From Auanema rhodensis (taxonomy: Eukaryota > Animalia > Nematoda), in contig OZ059897.1 in NCBI GenBank assembly GCA_964057225.1, positions 3,534,001-3,598,000 on the forward strand: a stretch of DNA of 64,000 nt. Direction: 5' to 3'. The notes under the pieces were generated by a model that searched no databases, was not told the origin of the DNA, and worked only from the letters and a program-made list of their open reading frames with translations. Every line of letters starts with the position of its first letter. Position 1 is the stretch's first letter. Shown piece by piece: positions 10,851-25,200 of the stretch. The translations under genes and the position numbers were made by a program.

Positions 10851-13800
10851 TCTTGAAAAAAGGAATCTAAAAACATCTACTTTTTGTGAAATTATTTAGA
10901 AATTTTTCGGGAAAATTTTTGTCAAAATGTTTTTGGAAGCAATGTTGAGTGTACATGGGAACTCAGCATACACTAATGCATTATTTTTCAAACGATAATA
11001 ACTAATTTTTGTATAGAGCGTTTCTCAATGTGGTATAGTGCATTCGATGCGGATTTTTAAGCTGCGTTGATCTGTGTTATCAGATTTGAGTTAACTTAAA
11101 AATGCACCGAGATATCAACTGATATATGTTCACACTTATATCCTCGATTTTCACCCTGAAGAGATGATTTTTTCGTTGAATAACATTGTCCATCGTCTTC
11201 GTCTTGAGAAAAGGAATCTAAAAACATCTACTTTTTGTGAAATTATTTAGAAATTTTTCGGGAAAATTTTTGTCAAAATGTTTTTGGAAGCAATGTTGAG
11301 TGTACATGGGAACTCAACATACACTAATGCATTATTTTTCAAACGATCATAACTTATTTTTGTATAGAGCGTTTCTCAATGTAGTGTAGTGCATTCGATG
11401 CGGATTTTTAAGCTTCGTCGATCTGTGTTATCCGATTTGAGCTAGCTTGAAAATGTACCGAGATATCAACTGATATAGGTTCACACTTATATCCTCGATT
11501 TTCACCCTGAAGAATTTATTTTTTCGTTGAATAACATTGTCCATCGTCTTCGCCTTGAAAAAAGGAATCTAAAAACATCTACTTTTTGTGAAATTATTTA
11601 GAAATTTTTCGGGAAAATTTTTGTCAAAATGTTTTTGGAAGCAATGTTGAGTGTACATGGGAACTCAGCATACACTAATGCATTATTTTTCAAACGATAA
11701 TAACTAATTTTTGTATAGAGCGTTTCTCAATGTAGTATAGTGCATTCGATGCGGATTTTTAAGCTGCGTTGATCTGTGTTATCAGATTTGAGTTAGCTTA
11801 AAAATGCACCGAGATATCAACTGATATATGTTCACACTCATATCCTCGATTATCACCCTGAAGAATTGATTTTTTCGTTGAAAAACATTGTCCATCGTAT
11901 TTTTCTTGAAAAAAGGAATCTAAAAACATCTACTTTTTGTGAAATTATTTAGAAATTTTTCGGGAAAATTTTTGTCAAAATGTTTTTGGAAGCAATATTG
12001 AGTGTACATGGGAACTCAACATACACTAATGCATTATTTTTCAAACGATCATAACTAATTTTTGTAAATAGCGTTTCTCAATGTAGTATAGTGCATTCGA
12101 TGCGGATTTTTAAGCTGCGTGGATCTGTGTTATCAGATTTGAGTTAGCTTAAAAATGCACCGAGATATCAACTGATATAGGTTCACACTTATATCCTCGA
12201 TTTTCACCCTGAAGAAATGATTTTTTCGTTGAAAAACATTGTCCATCGTATTCGTCTTGAAAAAAGGAATCTAAAAACATCTACTTTTTGTGAAATTATT
12301 TAGAAATTTTTCGGGAAAATTTTTGTCAAAATGTTTTTGGAAGCAATGTTGAGTTTACATGGGAACTCAACATACACTAATGCATTATTTTTCAAACGAT
12401 CATAACTAATTTTTGTATAGAGCGTTTCTCAATGTAGTATAGTGCATTCGATGCGGATTTTTAAGCTGCGTTGATCTGTGTTATCAGATTTGAGTTAACT
12501 TAAAAATGCACCGAGATATCAACTGATATATGTTCACACTCATATCCCCGATTATCACCCTGAAGAATTGATTTTTTCGTTGAAAAACATTGTCCATCGT
12601 ATTTTTCTTGAAAAAAGGAATCTAAAAACATCTACTTTTTGTGAAATTATTTAGAAATTTTTCGGGAAAATTTTTGTCAAAATGTTTTTGGAAGCAATGT
12701 TGAGTGTACATGGGAACTCAACATACACTAATGCATTATTTTTCAAACGATCATAACTAATTCTTGTATAGAGCGTTTCTCAATGTAGTATAGTGCATTC
12801 GATGCGGATTTTTAAGCTGCGTTGATCTGTGTTATCAGATTTGAGTTAGCTTAAAAATGCACCGAGATATCAACTGATATATGTTCACACTTATATCCTC
12901 GATTTTCACCCTGAAGAAATGATTTTTTCGTTGAATAACATTGTCCATCGTCTTCGTCTTGAAAAAAGGAATCTAAAAACATCTACTTTTTGTGAAATTA
13001 TTTAGAAATTTTTCGGGAAAATTTTTGTCAAAATGTTTTTGGAAGCAATGTTGAGTGTACATGGGAACTCAACATACACTAATGCATTATTTTTCAAACG
13101 ATCATAACTAATTTTTGTATAGAGCGTTTCTCAATGTGGTATAGTGCATTCGATGCGGATTTTTAAGCTGCGTTGATCTGTGTTATCAGATTTGAGTTAA
13201 CTTAAAAATGCACCGAGATATCAACTGATATATGTTCACACTTATATCCTCGATTTTCACCCTGAAGAGATGATTTTTTCGTTGAATAACATTGTCCATC
13301 GTCTTCGTCTTGAAAAAAGGAATCTAAAAACATCTACTTTTTGTGAAATTATTTAGAAATTTTTCGGGAAAATTTTTGTCAAAATGTTTTTGGAAGCAAT
13401 GTTGAGTGTACATGGGAACTCAACATACACTAATGCATTATTTTTCAAACGATCATAACTAATTTTTGTATAGAGCGTTTCTCAATGTAGTATAGTGCAT
13501 TCGATGCGGATTTTTAAGCTGCGTTGATCTGTGTTATCAGATTTGAGTTAACTTAAAAATGCACCGAGATATCAACTGATATATGTTCACACTCATATCC
13601 TCGATTATCACCCTGAAGAATTGATTTTTTCGTTGAAAAACATTGTCCATCGTATTTTTCTTGAAAAAAGGAATCTAAAAACATCTACTTTTTGTGAAAT
13701 TATTTAGAAATTTTTCGGGAAAATTTTTGTCAAAATGTTTTTGGAAGCAATGTTGAGTGTACATGGGAACTCAACATACACTAATGCATTATTTTTCAAA

Positions 13801-14269
13801 CGATCATAATTAATTCTTGTATAGAGCGTTTCTCAATGTAGTATAGTGCATTCGATGCGGATTTTTAAGCTGCGTTGATCTGTGTTATCAGATTTGAGTT
13901 AGCTTAAAAATGCACCGAGATATCAACTGATATATGTTCACACTTATATCCTCGATTTTCACCCTGAAGAGATGATTTTTTCGTTGAATAACATTGTCCA
14001 TCGTCTTCGTCTTGAAAAAAGGAATCTAAAAACATCTACTTTTTGTGAAATTATTTAGAAATTTTTCGGGAAAATTTTTGTCAAAATGTTTTTGGAAGCA
14101 ATGTTGAGTGTACATGGGAACTCAACATACACTAATGCATTATTTTTCAAACGATCATAACTAATTTTTGTATAGAGCGTTTCTCAATGTAGTATAGTGC
14201 ATTCGATGCGGATTTTTAAGCTGCGTTGATCTGTGTTATCAGATTTGAGTTAACTTAAAAATACACCGA

Positions 14270-16600
14270 GATATCAACTGATATATGTTCACACTTATAT
14301 CCTCGATTTTCACCCTGAAGAAATGATTTTTTCGTTGAAAAACATTGTCCATCGTATTCGTCTTGTAAAAAGGAATCTAAAAACATCTACTTTTTGTGAA
14401 ATTATTTAGAAATTTTTCGGCAAAATTTTTGTCAAAATGTTTTTGGAAGCAATGTTGAGTGTACATGGGAACTCAACATTCACTAATGCATTATTTTTCA
14501 AACGATCATAACTAATTTTTGTATAGAGCGTTTCTCATTGTAGTATAATGCATTCGATGCGGATTTTTAAGCTGCGTTGATCTGTGTTATCAGATTTGAG
14601 TTAACTTAAAAATGCACCGAGATATCAACTGATATATGTTCACACTTATATCCTCGATTTTCACCCTGAAGAAATGATTTTTTCGTTGAAAAACATTGTC
14701 CATCGTATTCGTCTTGTAAAAAGGAATCTAAAAACATCTACTTTTTGTGAAATTATTTAGAAATTTTTCGGCAAAATTTTTGTCAAAATGTTTTTGGAAG
14801 CAATGTTGAGTGTACATGGGAACTCAACATTCACTAATGCATTATTTTTCAAACGATCATAACTAATTTTTGTATAGAGCGTTTCTCATTGTAGTATAAT
14901 GCATTCGATGCGGATTTTTAAGCTGCTTTGATCTGTGTTATCAGATTTGAGTTAACTTAAAAATGCACCGAGATATCAACTGATATAGGTTCACACTTAT
15001 ATCCTCGATTTTCACCCTGAAGAAATGATTTTTTCGTTGAAAAACATTGTCCATCGTCTTCGTCTTGAAAAAAGGAATCCAAAAACATCTACTTTTTGTA
15101 AAATTATTTAGAAATTTTTCGGGAAAATTTTTGTCAAAATGTTTTTGGAAGCAATGTTGAGTGTACATGGGAACTCAACATTCACTAATGCATTATTTTT
15201 CAAACGATCATAACTAATTTTTGTATAGAGCGTTTCTCAATGTGGTATAGTGCATTCGATGCGGATTTTTAAGCTGCGTTGATCTGTGTTATCAGATTTG
15301 AGTTAACTTAAAAATGCACCGAGATATCAACTGATATATGTTCACACTTATATCCTCGATTTTCACCCTGAAGAGATGATTTTTTCGTTGAATAACATTG
15401 TCCATCGTCTTCGTCTTGAAAAAAGGAATCTAAAAACATCTACTTTTTGTGAAATTATTTAGAAATTTTTCGGGAAAATTTTTGTCAAAATGTTTTTGGA
15501 AGCAATGTTGAGTGTACATGGGAACTCAACATACACTAATGCATTATTTTTCAAACGATCATAACTAATTTTTGTATAGAGCGTTTCTCAATGTAGTATA
15601 GTGCATTCGATGCGGATTTTTAAGCTGCGTTGATCTGTGTTATCAGATTTGAGTTAACTTAAAAATGCACCGAGATATCAACTGATATATGTTCACACTC
15701 ATATCCTCGATTATCACCCTGAAGAATTGATTTTTTCGTTGAAAAACATTGTCCATCGTATTTTTCTTGAAAAAAGGAATCTAAAAACATCTACTTTTTG
15801 TGAAATTATTTAGAAATTTTTCGGGAAAATTTTTGTCAAAATGTTTTTGGAAGCAATGTTGAGTGTACATGGGAACTCAACATACACTAATGCATTATTT
15901 TTCAAACGATCATAACTAATTTTTGTATAGAGCGTTTCTCAATGTAGTATAGTGCATTCGATGCGGATTTTTAAGCTGCGTTGATCTGTGTTATCAGATT
16001 TGAGTTAACTTAAAAATGCACCGAGATATCAACTGATATATGTTCACACTTATATCCTCGATTTTCACCCTGAAGAAATGATTTTTTCGTTGAAAAACAT
16101 TGTCCATCGTATTCGTCTTGTAAAAAGGAATCTAAAAACATCTACTTTTTGTGAAATTATTTAGAAATTTTTCGGCAAAATTTTTGTCAAAATGTTTTTG
16201 GAAGCAATGTTGAGTGTACATGGGAACTCAACATTCACTAATGCATTATTTTTCAAACGATCATAACTAATTTTTGTATAGAGCGTTTCTCATTGTAGTA
16301 TAATGCATTCGATGCGGATTTTTAAGCTGCTTTGATCTGTGTTATCAGATTTGAGTTAACTTAAAAATGCACCGAGATATCAACTGATATAGGTTCACAC
16401 TTATATCCTCGATTTTCACCCTGAAGAAATGATTTTTTCGTTGAAAAACATTGTCCATCGTCTTCGTCTTGAAAAAAGGAATCCAAAAACATCTACTTTT
16501 CGTAAAATTATTTAGAAATTTTTCGGGAAAATTTTTGTCAAAATGTTTTTGGAAGCAATGTTGAGTGTACATGGGAACTCAACATACACTAATGCATTAT
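14270..16600 (+). repeat. Single-monomer duplication plus a repeat at 4-monomer spacing (1,404 bp)
   Basis: CTTGTAAAA occurs at 14366, 14717 and 16121; CGGCAAA at 14421, 14772 and 16176; GAATCCAAA at 15080 and 16484. Confidence 0.85.
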
Positions 16601-18000
16601 TTTTCAAACGATCATAACTAATTTTTGTATAGAGCGTTTCTCAATGTAGTATAGTGCATTCGATGCGGATTTTTAAGCTGCGTTGATCTGTGTTATCAGA
16701 TTTGAGTTAACTTAAAAATGCACCGAGATATCAACTGATATATGTTCACACTCATATCCTCGATTATCACCCTGAAGAATTGATTTTTTCGTTGAAAAAC
16801 TATGTCCATCGTATTTTTCTTGAAAAAAGGAATCTAAAAACATCTACTTTTTGTGAAATTATTTAGAAATTTTTCGGGAAAATTTTTGTCAAAATGTTTT
16901 TGGAAGCAATGTTGAGTGTACATGGGAACTCAACATACACTAATGCATTATTTTTCAAACGATCATAACTAATTCTTGTATAGAGCGTTTCTCAATGTAG
17001 TATAGTGCATTCGATGCGGATTTTTAAGCTACGTTGATCTGTGTTATCAGATTTGAGTTAGCTTAAAAATGCACCGAGATATCAACTGATATATGTTCAC
17101 ACTTATATCCTCGATTTTCACCCTGAAGAAATGATTTTTTCGTTGAAAAACATTGTCCATCGTATTCGTCTTGAAAAAAGGAATCTAAAAACATCTACTT
17201 TTTGTGAAATTATTTAGAAATTTTTCGGGAAAATTTTTGTCAAAATGTTTTTGGAAGCAATGTTGAGTGTACATGGGAACTCAACATACACTAATGCATT
17301 ATTTTTCAAACGATCATAACTAATTTTTGTATAGAGCGTTTCTCAATGTAGTATAGTGCATTCGATGCGGATTTTTAAGCTGCGTTGATCTGTGTTATCA
17401 GATTTGAGTTAACTTAAAAATGCACCGAGATATCAACTGATATATGTTCACACTCATATCCTCGATTATCACCCTGAAGAATTGATTTTTTCGTTGAAAA
17501 ACTATGTCCATCGTATTTTTCTTGAAAAAAGGAATCTAAAAACATCTACTTTTTGTGAAATTATTTAGAAATTTTTCGGGAAAATTTTTGTCAAAATGTT
17601 TTTGGAAGCAATGTTGAGTGTACATGGGAACTCAACATACACTAATGCATTATTTTTCAAACGATCATAACTAATTCTTGTATAGAGCGTTTCTCAATGT
17701 AGTATAGTGCATTCGATGCGGATTTTTAAGCTACGTTGATCTGTGTTATCAGATTTGAGTTAGCTTAAAAATGCACCGAGATATCAACTGATATATGTTC
17801 ACACTTATATCCTCGATTTTCACCCTGAAGAAATGATTTTTTCGTTGAATAACATTGTCCATCTTCTTCGTCTTGAAAAAAGGAATCTAAAAACATCTAC
17901 TTTTTGTGAAATTATTTAGAAATTTTTCGGGAAAATTTTTGTCAAAATGTTTTTGGAAGCAATGTTGAGTGTACATGGGAACTCAACATACACTAATGCA
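16600..18000 (+). repeat. Dimer (702 bp) tandem duplication
   Basis: AACTATGTCC occurs at 16801 and 17503, and GCTACGTTG at 17031 and 17733. The same doubled dimer is present at 58921/59623 and 59151/59853. Confidence 0.85.
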
Positions 18001-21000
18001 TTATTTTTCAAACGATCATAACTAATTTTTGTATAGAGCGTTTCTCAATGTGGTATAGTGCATTCGATGCGGATTTTTAAGCTGCGTTGATCTGTGTTAT
18101 CAGATTTGAGTTAACTTAAAAATGCACCGAGATATCAACTGATATATGTTCACACTTATATCCTCGATTTTCACCCTGAAGAGATGATTTTTTCGTTGAA
18201 TAACATTGTCCATCGTCTTCGTCTTGAAAAAAGGAATCTAAAAACACCTACTTTTTGTGAAATTATTTAGAAATTTTTCGGGAAAATTTTTGTCAAAATG
18301 TTTTTGGAAGCAATGTTGAGTGTACATGGGAACTCAACATACACTAATGCATTATTTTTCAAACAATCATAACTAATTTTTGTATAGAGCGTTTCTCAAT
18401 GTAGTATAGTGCATTCGATGCGGATTTTTAAGCTGCTTTGATCTGTGTTATCAGATTTGAGTTAACTTAAAAATGCACCGAGATATCAACTGATATAGGT
18501 TCACACTTATATCCTCGATTTTCACCCTGAAGAAATGATTTTTTCGTTGAAAAACATTGTCCATCGTATTCGTCTTGAAAAAAGGAATCTAAAAACATCT
18601 ACTTTTTGTGAAATTATTTAGAAATTGTTCGGGAAAATTTTTGTCAAAATGTTTTTGGAAGCAATGTTGAGTGTACATGGGAACTCAACATACACTAATG
18701 CATTATTTTTCAAACGATCATAACTAATTTTTGTATAGAGCGTTTCTCAATGTAGTATAGTGCATTCGATGCGGATTTTTAAGCTGCGTTGATCTGTGTT
18801 ATCAGATTTGAGTTAACTTAAAAATGCACCGAGATATCAACTGATATAGGTTCACACATATATCCTCGATTTTTACCCTGAAGAAATGATTTTTCCGTTG
18901 AAAAACATTGTCCATCGTCTTCGTCTTGAAAAAAGGAATCTAAAAACATCTACTTTTTGTGAAATTATTCAGAAAATTTTCGGGAAAATTTTTGTCAAAA
19001 TGTTTTTGGAAGCAATGTTGAGTGTACATGGGAACTCAACATACACTAATGCATTATTTTTCAAACGATCATAACTAATTTTTGTATAGAGCGTTTTTTA
19101 ATGTAGTATAATGCATTCGATGCGGATTTTTAAGCTGCGTTGATCTGTGTTATCAGATTTGAGTTAGCTTAAAAATGCACCGAGATATCAACTGATATAT
19201 GTTCACACTCATATCCTCGATTATCACCCTGAAGAATTGATTTTTTCGTTGAAAAACATTGTCCATCGTATTTTTCTTGAAAAAAGGAATCTAAAAACAT
19301 CTACTTTTTGTGAAATTATTCAGAAAATTTTCGGGAAAATTTTTGTCAAAATGTTTTTGGAAGCAATGTTGAGTGTACATGGGAACTCAACATACACTAA
19401 TGCATTATTTTTCAAACGATCATAACTAATTTTTGTATAGAGCGTTTCTCAATGTGGTATAGTGCATTCGATGCGGATTTTTAAGCTGCGTTGATCTGTG
19501 TTATCAGATTTGAGTTAACTTAAAAATGCACCGAGATATCAACTGATATATGTTCACACTCATATCCTCGATTATCACCCTGAAGAATTGATTTTTTCGT
19601 TGAAAAACATTGTCCATCGTATTTTTCTTGAAAAAAGGAATCTAAAAACATCTACTTTTTGTGAAATTATTCAGAAAATTTTCGGGAAAATTTTTGTCAA
19701 AATGTTTTTGGAAGCAATGTTGAGTGTACATGGGAACTCAACATACACTAATGCATTATTTTTCAAACGATCATAACTAATTTTTGTATAGAGCGTTTCT
19801 CAATGTGGTATAGTGCATTCGATGCGGATTTTTAAGCTGCGTTGATCTGTGTTATCAGATTTGAGTTAACTTAAAAATGCACCGAGATATCAACTGATAT
19901 ATGTTCACACTTATATCCTCGATTTTCACCCTGAAGAGATGATTTTTTCGTTGAATAACATTGTCCATCGTCTTCGTCTTGAAAAAAGGAATCTAAAAAC
20001 ACCTACTTTTTGTGAAATTATTTAGAAATTTTTCGGGAAAATTTTTGTCAAAATGTTTTTGGAAGCAATGTTGAGTGTACATGGGAACTCAACATACACT
20101 AATGCATTATTTTTCAAACAATCATAACTAATTTTTGTATAGAGCGTTTCTCAATGTAGTATAGTGCATTCGATGCGGATTTTTAAGCTGCTTTGATCTG
20201 TGTTATCAGATTTGAGTTAACTTAAAAATGCACCGAGATATCAACTGATATAGGTTCACACTTATATCCTCGATTTTCACCCTGAAGAAATGATTTTTTC
20301 GTTGAAAAACATTGTCCATCGTATTCGTCTTGAAAAAAGGAATCTAAAAACATCTACTTTTTGTGAAATTATTTAGAAATTGTTCGGGAAAATTTTTGTC
20401 AAAATGTTTTTGGAAGCAATGTTGAGTGTACATGGGAACTCAACATACACTAATGCATTATTTTTCAAACGATCATAACTAATTTTTGTATAGAGCGTTT
20501 CTCAATGTAGTATAGTGCATTCGATGCGGATTTTTAAGCTGCGTTGATCTGTGTTATCAGATTTGAGTTAACTTAAAAATGCACCGAGATATCAACTGAT
20601 ATAGGTTCACACATATATCCTCGATTTTCACCCTGAAGAAATGATTTTTCCGTTGAAAAACATTGTCCATCGTCTTCGTCTTGAAAAAAGGAATCTAAAA
20701 ACATCTACTTTTTGTGAAATTATTCAGAAAATTTTCGGGAAAATTTTTGTCAAAATGTTTTTGGAAGCAATGTTGAGTGTACATGGGAACTCAACATACA
20801 CTAATGCATTATTTTTCAAACGATCATAACTAATTTTTGTATAGAGCGTTTTTTAATGTAGTATAATGCATTCGATGCGGATTTTTAAGCTGCGTTGATC
20901 TGTGTTATCAGATTTGAGTTAGCTTAAAAATGCACCGAGATATCAACTGATATATGTTCACACTCATATCCTCGATTATCACCCTGAAGAATTGATTTTT

Positions 21001-21050
21001 TCGTTGAAAAACATTGTCCATCGTATTTTTCTTGAAAAAAGGAATCTAAA
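18000..21050 (+). repeat. Second 5-monomer duplication (1,755 bp), with different markers from the first
   Basis: ACACCTAC at 18247/20002, AAACAATC at 18365/20120, AATTGTTC at 18627/20382 and ACACATAT at 18858/20613. Identical ORFs start at 18886 and 20641. Confidence 0.9.
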
Positions 21051-22229
21051 AACATCTACTTTTTGTGAAATTATTTAGAAATTTTTCGGGAAAATTTTTG
21101 TCAAAATGTTTTTGGAAGCAATGTTGAGTGTACATGGGAACTCAACATACACTAATGCATTATTTTTCAAACGATCATAACTAATTCTTGTATAGAGCGT
21201 TTCTCAATGTAGTATAGTGCATTCGATGCGGATTTTTAAGCTGCGTTGATCTGTGTTATCAGATTTGAGTTAGCTTAAAAATGCACCGAGATATCAACTG
21301 ATATATGTTCACACTTATATCCTCGATTTTCACCCTGAAGAGATGATTTTTTCGTTGAATAACATTGTCCATCGTCTTCGTCTTGAAAAAAGGAATCTAA
21401 AAACATCTACTTTTTGTGAAATTATTTAGAAATTTTTCGGGAAAATTTTTGTCAAAATGTTTTTGGAAGCAATGTTGAGTGTACATGGGAACTCAACATA
21501 CACTAATGCATTATTTTTCAAACGATCATAACTAATTTTTGTATAGAGCGTTTCTCAATGTAGTATAGTGCATTCGATGCGGATTTTTAAGCTGCGTCGA
21601 TCTGTGTTATCAGATTTGAGTTAGCTTAAAAATGCACCGAGATATCAACTGATATATGTTCACACTCATATCCTCGATTATCACCCTGAAGAATTGATTT
21701 TTTCGTTGAAAAACATTGTCCATCGTATTTTTCTTGAAAAAAGGAATCTAAAAACATCTACTTTTTGTGAAATTATTTAGAAATTTTTCGGGAAAATTTT
21801 TGTCAAAATGTTTTTGGAAGCAATGTTGAGTGTACATGGGAACTCAACATACACTAATGCATTATTTTTCAAACGATCATAACTAATTTTTGTATAGAGC
21901 GTTTCTCAATGTGGTATAGTGCATTCGATGCGGATTTTTAAGCTGCGTTGATCTGTGTTATCAGATTTGAGTTAACTTAAAAATGCACCGAGATATCAAC
22001 TGATATATGTTCACACTTATATCCTCGATTTTCACCCTGAAGAGATGATTTTTTCGTTGAATAACATTGTCCATCGTCTTCGTCTTGAAAAAAGGAATCT
22101 AAAAACATCTACTTTTTGTGAAATTATTTAGAAATTTTTCGGGAAAATTTTTGTCAAAATGTTTTTGGAAGCAATGTTGAGTGTACATGGGAACTCAACA
22201 TACACTAATGCATTATTTTTCAAACGATC

Positions 22230-25200
22230 ATAACTAATTTTTGTATAGAGCGTTTCTCAATGTAGTATAGTGCATTCGATGCGGATTTTAAAGCTGCTTT
22301 GATCTGTGTTATCAGATTTGAGTTAACTTAAAAATGCACCGAGATATCAACTGATATAGGTTCACACTTATATCCTCGATTTTCACCCTGAAGAAATGAT
22401 TTTTTCGTTGAAAAACATTGTCCATCGTATTCGTCTTGAAAAAAGGAATCTAAAAACATCTACTTTTTGTGAAATTATTTAGAAATTTTTCGGGAAAATT
22501 TTTGTCAAAATGTTTTTGGAAGCAATGTTGAGTGTACATGGGAACTCAGCATACACTAATGCATTATTTTTCAAACGATAATAACTAATTTTTGTATAGA
22601 GCGTTTCTCAATGTGGTATAGTGCATTCGATGCGGATTTTTAAGCTGCGTTGATCTGTGTTATCAGATTTGAGTTAACTTAAAAATGCACCGAGATATCA
22701 ACTGATATATGTTCACACTTATATCCTCGATTTTCACCCTGAAGAGATGATTTTTTCGTTGAATAACATTGTCCATCGTCTTCGTCTTGAGAAAAGGAAT
22801 CTAAAAACATCTACTTTTTGTGAAATTATTTAGAAATTTTTCGGGAAAATTTTTGTCAAAATGTTTTTGGAAGCAATGTTGAGTGTACATGGGAACTCAA
22901 CATACACTAATGCATTATTTTTCAAACGATCATAACTTATTTTTGTATAGAGCGTTTCTCAATGTAGTGTAGTGCATTCGATGCGGATTTTTAAGCTGCG
23001 TCGATCTGTGTTATCCGATTTGAGCTAGCTTGAAAATGTACCGAGATATCAACTGATATAGGTTCACACTTATATCCTCGATTTTCACCCTGAAGAATTT
23101 ATTTTTTCGTTGAATAACATTGTCCATCGTCTTCGCCTTGAAAAAAGGAATCTAAAAACATCTACTTTTTGTGAAATTATTTAGAAATTTTTCGGGAAAA
23201 TTTTTGTCAAAATGTTTTTGGAAGCAATGTTGAGTGTACATGGGAACTCAGCATACACTAATGCATTATTTTTCAAACGATAATAACTAATTTTTGTATA
23301 GAGCGTTTCTCAATGTAGTATAGTGCATTCGATGCGGATTTTTAAGCTGCGTCGATCTGTGTTATCCGATTTGAGCTAGCTTGAAAATGTACCGAGATAT
23401 CAACTGATATATGTTCACACTTATATCCTCGATTTTCACCCTGAAGAAATGATTTTTTCGTTGAATAACATTGTCCATCATCTTCGTCTTGAAAAAAGGA
23501 ATCTAAAAACATCTACTTTTTGTGAAATTATTCAGAAATTTTTCGGGAAAATTTTTGTCAAAATGTTTTTGGAAGCAATGTTGAGTGTACATGGGAACTC
23601 AACATACACTAATGCATTATTTTTCAAACGATCATAACTAATTTTTGTATAGAGCGTTTCTCAATGTAGTATAGTGCATTCGATGCGGATTTTAAAGCTG
23701 CTTTGATCTGTGTTATCAGATTTGAGTTAACTTAAAAATGCACCGAGATATCAACTGATATAGGTTCACACTTATATCCTCGATTTTCACCCTGAAGAAA
23801 TGATTTTTTCGTTGAAAAACATTGTCCATCGTATTCGTCTTGAAAAAAGGAATCTAAAAACATCTACTTTTTGTGAAATTATTTAGAAATTTTTCGGGAA
23901 AATTTTTGTCAAAATGTTTTTGGAAGCAATGTTGAGTGTACATGGGAACTCAGCATACACTAATGCATTATTTTTCAAACGATAATAACTAATTTTTGTA
24001 TAGAGCGTTTCTCAATGTGGTATAGTGCATTCGATGCGGATTTTTAAGCTGCGTTGATCTGTGTTATCAGATTTGAGTTAACTTAAAAATGCACCGAGAT
24101 ATCAACTGATATATGTTCACACTTATATCCTCGATTTTCACCCTGAAGAGATGATTTTTTCGTTGAATAACATTGTCCATCGTCTTCGTCTTGAGAAAAG
24201 GAATCTAAAAACATCTACTTTTTGTGAAATTATTTAGAAATTTTTCGGGAAAATTTTTGTCAAAATGTTTTTGGAAGCAATGTTGAGTGTACATGGGAAC
24301 TCAACATACACTAATGCATTATTTTTCAAACGATCATAACTTATTTTTGTATAGAGCGTTTCTCAATGTAGTGTAGTGCATTCGATGCGGATTTTTAAGC
24401 TGCGTCGATCTGTGTTATCCGATTTGAGCTAGCTTGAAAATGTACCGAGATATCAACTGATATAGGTTCACACTTATATCCTCGATTTTCACCCTGAAGA
24501 ATTTATTTTTTCGTTGAATAACATTGTCCATCGTCTTCGCCTTGAAAAAAGGAATCTAAAAACATCTACTTTTTGTGAAATTATTTAGAAATTTTTCGGG
24601 AAAATTTTTGTCAAAATGTTTTTGGAAGCAATGTTGAGTGTACATGGGAACTCAGCATACACTAATGCATTATTTTTCAAACGATAATAACTAATTTTTG
24701 TATAGAGCGTTTCTCAATGTAGTATAGTGCATTCGATGCGGATTTTTAAGCTGCGTTGATCTGTGTTATCAGATTTGAGTTAGCTTAAAAATGCACCGAG
24801 ATATCAACTGATATATGTTCACACTCATATCCTCGATTATCACCCTGAAGAATTGATTTTTTCGTTGAAAAACATTGTCCATCGTATTTTTCTTGAAAAA
24901 AGGAATCTAAAAACATCTACTTTTTGTGAAATTATTTAGAAATTTTTCGGGAAAATTTTTGTCAAAATGTTTTTGGAAGCAATGTTGAGTGTACATGGGA
25001 ACTCAACATACACTAATGCATTATTTTTCAAACGATCATAACTAATTCTTGTATAGAGCGTTTCTCAATGTAGTATAGTGCATTCGATGCGGATTTTTAA
25101 GCTGCGTTGATCTGTGTTATCAGATTTGAGTTAGCTTAAAAATGCACCGAGATATCAACTGATATATGTTCACACTTATATCCTCGATTTTCACCCTGAA

